From a virus: 64,000 nt of DNA. The notes beneath the pieces were generated by a model that was given only the letters and a program-made list of their open reading frames with translations, had not been told where the DNA came from and searched no databases. Positions 59,749 to 64,000 of the stretch are shown one piece after another. The number at the start of each line of letters is the position of its first letter. Position 1 is the first letter of the stretch. The translations under genes and the position numbers were made by a program. The stretch is taken from positions 43,448 to 107,447 of the IMG/VR virus record IMGVR_UViG_3300044613_002638. The stretch is one strand, 5' to 3'.

Positions 59749-61701
59749 ATGCCCAAGCGTAGTCTCCTGCAAATACAAGAAGGCCTCCGCAAGAAATTAG
59801 CGGAGGCTGATCCTTTGGATCCCTTAGGGGACATAGGAAGAACCAGTCCTCACAGAGGCGATCCTGTTATGTCACCTGAACTAGGTGGCGGTCAAGGTCC
59901 TGGCGGTGCCGGAGGCGGCGGCGCACGAGTATGGCGAGTTCCTGGTAAACCAACTAGCCAAACCTCACCAAGGATTGATAAAGAGATTGCTTCTGGCAAG
60001 GCAAGAGAAAAAGAGTTAGGTCCTGTTAAAGATCCTGTTGATGCAACGGCTAGAATAATAGCACAGCAAAGAGCAGCAGCAGGACGGCCACCTAGAGAAC
60101 CAAGTGCAGACAAGCCATCACTAGCACCACAGCCACAAACCCCAACGGAAAAACTAATAGCACAGGCACAACAACAAGCAAAACAAACTGGAGAGCCAAC
60201 CGTAGCAATAACTGAACCTAGGGTAGCAAAAATACTAGATAGACTTTTTCCTGAACCAAAAACTACTGCAAAAGTTGAACCAACATTGCGGCCACCCAGT
60301 AAAGAAGCAGAAAGACAAGAAAAATTACAACAACTTAGACAGCGAGAAGCCGAGCGTCAACAACAAAAACAAGCCGATCAACAACCACAACCTGCTGCAC
60401 CAGCTCCTGCTGAAAAACCGTTAAGCAAACAAGATCAAAAAAATCTTGACAAATATGGAACTACAGATCAAGAAAAAATTGCCAATATTAAAAAACTTGA
60501 TGCAGAAAGACGCAAAGTCTAAAAAGAAACGCCAATACTAGGTCCATATGGTCGAGCAGCAGTCAAAACTGGTACAGCCGGAGCTCTTGGATATGGTGCA
60601 TATGAACTTTTCAAACCAGACGAACAAAAGCCAGAAGAAGAAAAACCAGCAGATACAGACACTAAAACAGATCAGGCAGTTGATCGACCCCCTGCCGTAG
60701 CCGTTGATAAAACTCCACCAGCTCCACCAAAGCCTGACGCCAGAAGTCAAAGCGATCAAAGCGAACTACCTCAAGATGATGTAGATAGTTCAGCGCAGAT
60801 AGTAAAACCACAAACAGATGAACCGGTAAAGACACCGCCACCTAACAAACCTTATCCTCCAGGAACAAAATTCTCATCTGATGAAATATTAGAAACTTAT
60901 AATCGTGTGTTAAACAGATATAGAAATTTCCTATATGAAGAGACCGATGAAGAACGTAAACAGGCCGAAAAGTTAAAAGCAATTCAGCGTAGTATATATG
61001 GCATGGAAAGTGAGTATGGTAAGGCCAAAACTGATCGACCTAACTATGCAGGCGCTAGAGGACCCATGCAAATCATGCCCGGCACATTTCAATGGATGAA
61101 GGAAAAAAATATTATTCCCAAAGACTTTGATATAAAAAATCCCGAACAAAATAAGCAAGCTGGTAATGCGTTAATAGGACACTACTTTCAAAAATATCAA
61201 GGCGATCCTGCAAAAGTATACGCAGCATATTATGCTGGCCCAGGGGCGATAAGAAAAGACGGATCAATTAATACTCATTGGCGCGACCGTAAAAATCCTA
61301 AAGCTCCCAACGTTGGAAACTACATTGATGCAGGTTTAGCAAGAGCTGGATTGTCAGATGTCAAATATGTTGCAGCTAAACCTTCAACTACGACTACCGC
61401 AGCAGTGCAATCAGCACCTGTTAAACCACCACCAGATACCACAATATCTGTTGCAAAAGTGGACGCCGCACCAAAACCAGAGCAACCTAAATTGGACACC
61501 GTGGTAGATAAACCATTGGAACCTACCAGTGTCGCAGCTAAAGAACCCGAGTTTAAAGATCTATTTGATTACGACGCATTTCAAAAAGCTGCAAAAGCTG
61601 GAAAAGATTTGTCAGATATTTCAAAATTTATGAAATCAGCAAAGACAACCGCAGATCTATCTGAAAGATACATGCGGTATAAAATGACAGAAACAAGATA
61701 A
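59749..61701 (+). pseudogene. Single reading frame (Pro/Gln-rich N-region plus lytic transglycosylase) interrupted by one TAA at 60520-60522
   Basis: Frame continues open from 60523 (KETPILGPYG...) into the 60907 ORF; SLT motifs MES.YG, ARGPMQIMPGT, AAYYAGPG. Confidence 0.7.
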
Positions 61702-61746
61702 CCATTATCTTTAAAAAGGTTTAAATAGTATAAACAAGGAACAAAA

Positions 61747-63705
61747 ATGGATCCAAAATTATTAAGAATGTATAGCAACATGTTAGGCGAGCAAGCAGCA
61801 ACACCGGTAAACACTTCCAAGAATCAATCAACTAATACCGGATATGGACCTGCTACCAATACAAGCAGTTATACTAGCTCAAAAGGCGCACAGATGGGTA
61901 AAACAAACCTGGCCCAAGTAACACCTAAACCAAAACCTGCTGCACCTAAACCTGCTTCAACATCGGCTGACATTAAGGCAGCTGGAGCGGCGTTTGCTTC
62001 GCAACAGCCTGCACAAACTACTCCCGGTGGTGGACCAACTAATCAATCACAGTTAGCAGCAAAATTAGGTCAAACAGCTCCTGGACCAAGTACCCCTACT
62101 GCGCCAGACGCAATGGCCGGTGCAGATGCCACTGCTGCGCAAACTCAGTCTAGCAGTTACACTGGACAAGATGTAAGAACAGCTAATGCAAGAGATGCTG
62201 CTGCTGCTCCTCCAACACAAGGCTTTGCAGGAAGTTCTGCCCCTGCTGCACCAGCAGCCGCACCAGCACCAGCTGGAGTGTTTAGTGGTAAAGGAGATTT
62301 GACAGGAGGAGCCGGAAGACCAGTTCCTACTCCTACAGCATCAGCAGATCAAAAAACTTATGGCGGTGGGTATGATCCTAGTAAAGCTCAGATGGCATAT
62401 TCAGGCGGTCAAGCAACCTCTACACCAGATTTCCAACCAGTTGCTGGTACATCAAATGTGGTTAGTAGAACGCCAGACAAAATCGCAGCAGATACAAAAA
62501 AAGGTCCTCTTGGCGGCATGTTACCGGCCAATTTTGAAGAAAGCCAGGAAGAGCTCGAAGAAGACTCAGACGAATCCTTGGAAGAAGAATTAGAAGAAGC
62601 ATTTAACGAAATGCTAAGATTAAGCGGAATCCAATTAAATGAAAAAGCACCTCCGGGCGCCAAAGCAGAACGCATGGTAAAACATATCAAAAAAGGCTAT
62701 GCAAAAGATGGCAAAATAACTCCTAAAGAAAAATCAATTGCATATGCTACTGCATGGAAAGCCAAGAAAGCTGGTAAACTAGACGAAGGTTTGAATTTGA
62801 TGTTGGACGAAGGCGGTCAAGCATTAGATCATATTGCTAATAGGTTCAAGTACGAAGTTAAGATGTTTATGAAGACAGGTATTATGGATAATGACTTGTA
62901 CGAAGCCTTAGCAGACTATTATGTAGCTCGCGGCGAAGTTCCTTATGGAGTAGTAAAAGGAAAGCCAGGATTTCCAGATCAGACACAATGGGTTGAAAAA
63001 AGATTTGCCGACGACATGAGTAATGGGATGAATGAAGCACCTGTGTACGAGGTCGCAGCTGATGGCACATTAAATGAACTAGCTAGACTAGCAGGCCTAA
63101 GTGAAAGTCGTGTAGACGAATGCGGAGACATGGGCATGGATATGGAAGACAGATTGAATGTCAGTACCAACATGAGCAGTGATGGCACCAAGAGCGTTAA
63201 TATTAGTGCCCAAGGTGATAAGGCAGAAGAACTGCTATCTATGTTAAAGCTGGCAGGCATGGGTGATTCAGATCGTCCAGTAGTGGCCATGATTGATCGT
63301 GACGAGGAAATGATGGAGGCGGATCGTGAAACAGAATACGCCAACACTCCTAAAGAAGAATACGAAACAGTAGCAGCAATTACTCGTCAAGGCAATGATC
63401 TGAATCGCGAGAAGAAGCAGTTTGCAAACATGCCCAAGGCCGGTGATAATCCAATGGCAACTGATTACATGCTAGACGAAGAACTATCAGCACTGTTAGA
63501 CAGCGTATTGGTGAGAGAAGTGGATCCTCAAAGACCAAAAGGCGACACTGGTATTGCTGATATCTATACAGCAGATAAAGGCCAACCGCCCAGTCCAGAT
63601 GAAGGTCCAGTTGGTAAGGCAGCTTCACCCAAAGCTCCTGCACCAGCCAAGCAGACGCCGCAGACGCCTAAGCCAATGGCATCAACTTCAGGAACAAAGC
63701 GATGA
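61747..63705 (+). CDS. Large low-complexity putative internal head/ejection protein
   Basis: A/P/T-rich N-half; acidic tract; three (R/K)L(A/S)G(L/I/M) motifs; TAAATA at 61722-61727. Confidence 0.7.
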   Translation: MDPKLLRMYSNMLGEQAATPVNTSKNQSTNTGYGPATNTSSYTSSKGAQMGKTNLAQVTPKPKPAAPKPASTSADIKAAGAAFASQQPAQTTPGGGPTNQSQLAAKLGQTAPGPSTPTAPDAMAGADATAAQTQSSSYTGQDVRTANARDAAAAPPTQGFAGSSAPAAPAAAPAPAGVFSGKGDLTGGAGRPVPTPTASADQKTYGGGYDPSKAQMAYSGGQATSTPDFQPVAGTSNVVSRTPDKIAADTKKGPLGGMLPANFEESQEELEEDSDESLEEELEEAFNEMLRLSGIQLNEKAPPGAKAERMVKHIKKGYAKDGKITPKEKSIAYATAWKAKKAGKLDEGLNLMLDEGGQALDHIANRFKYEVKMFMKTGIMDNDLYEALADYYVARGEVPYGVVKGKPGFPDQTQWVEKRFADDMSNGMNEAPVYEVAADGTLNELARLAGLSESRVDECGDMGMDMEDRLNVSTNMSSDGTKSVNISAQGDKAEELLSMLKLAGMGDSDRPVVAMIDRDEEMMEADRETEYANTPKEEYETVAAITRQGNDLNREKKQFANMPKAGDNPMATDYMLDEELSALLDSVLVREVDPQRPKGDTGIADIYTADKGQPPSPDEGPVGKAASPKAPAPAKQTPQTPKPMASTSGTKR

Positions 63706-64000
63706 AAACTTTAAGAGAATATATCGAGCAAGTTGAAGAGTCATATGAGGCACCTGGCGTAGGTGATTATTTTGATTTAGAAATAGCTAGAGATGAAACT
63801 CTAGTAGAAACTTATGTTGTTGATGTTGTAGAAGATGGTATCGTAATCGAAGCAGATGACACTATTTTACAGATTTTAAGACATGTAGGATACCTCATTG
63901 AGGATTCAAACATGCCCCCTGCTCAAGATTCTACCAGTCCTATCAACGGCAAAAAAGATGCTCGTAGCCACAACTTTGAAACATCTCCAGACAATGATCT
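63702..64000 (+). CDS. Partial CDS (MKTLREYIEQVEES...), putative internal head protein; runs off window
   Basis: ATGA overlap with 61747 stop; frame open to window end; absent from ORF track because it has no stop in the window. Confidence 0.75.
   Translation, partial: MKTLREYIEQVEESYEAPGVGDYFDLEIARDETLVETYVVDVVEDGIVIEADDTILQILRHVGYLIEDSNMPPAQDSTSPINGKKDARSHNFETSPDND

Noticed and set aside
1-64000. Stop-codon reassignment
   Set aside because: TAA, TAG and TGA all end well-defined genes and coding density is high under the standard code; only one internal stop was found (60520)

Overview
This window is the virion morphogenesis region of a large T4-superfamily (contractile-tailed, probably jumbo) bacteriophage that uses the standard genetic code. 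In order: the head module (portal gp20, two core proteins, protease gp21, scaffold gp22, major capsid gp23; 79-6134); a ~30 kb fibre/appendage region (6270-36730) whose second half is a tandem array of modular cassettes (anchor - adaptor - Gly-rich or LamG tip - chaperone), most with their own TAAATA late promoter; an AT-rich enzyme island (36736-43133: ParB/Srx-fold protein, two radical SAM/SPASM paralogues, NeuA, 2OG-oxygenase-like protein, sulfotransferase, NeuB, and a CstII/Maf-like transferase) that reads as a phage-encoded nonulosonic (sialic-like) acid synthesis, activation and transfer system; neck and tail genes (gp15, gp14, gp13, dNMP kinase, sheath, tube, tube initiator, gp4); an HNH homing endonuclease that has displaced the start of a probable small terminase; and putative internal head proteins, one of which is a lytic transglycosylase fusion split by a single in-frame TAA. 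I saw no tRNA, rRNA, CRISPR array or reverse transcriptase. All family assignments come from motifs recognised by eye and from synteny, not from database searches.
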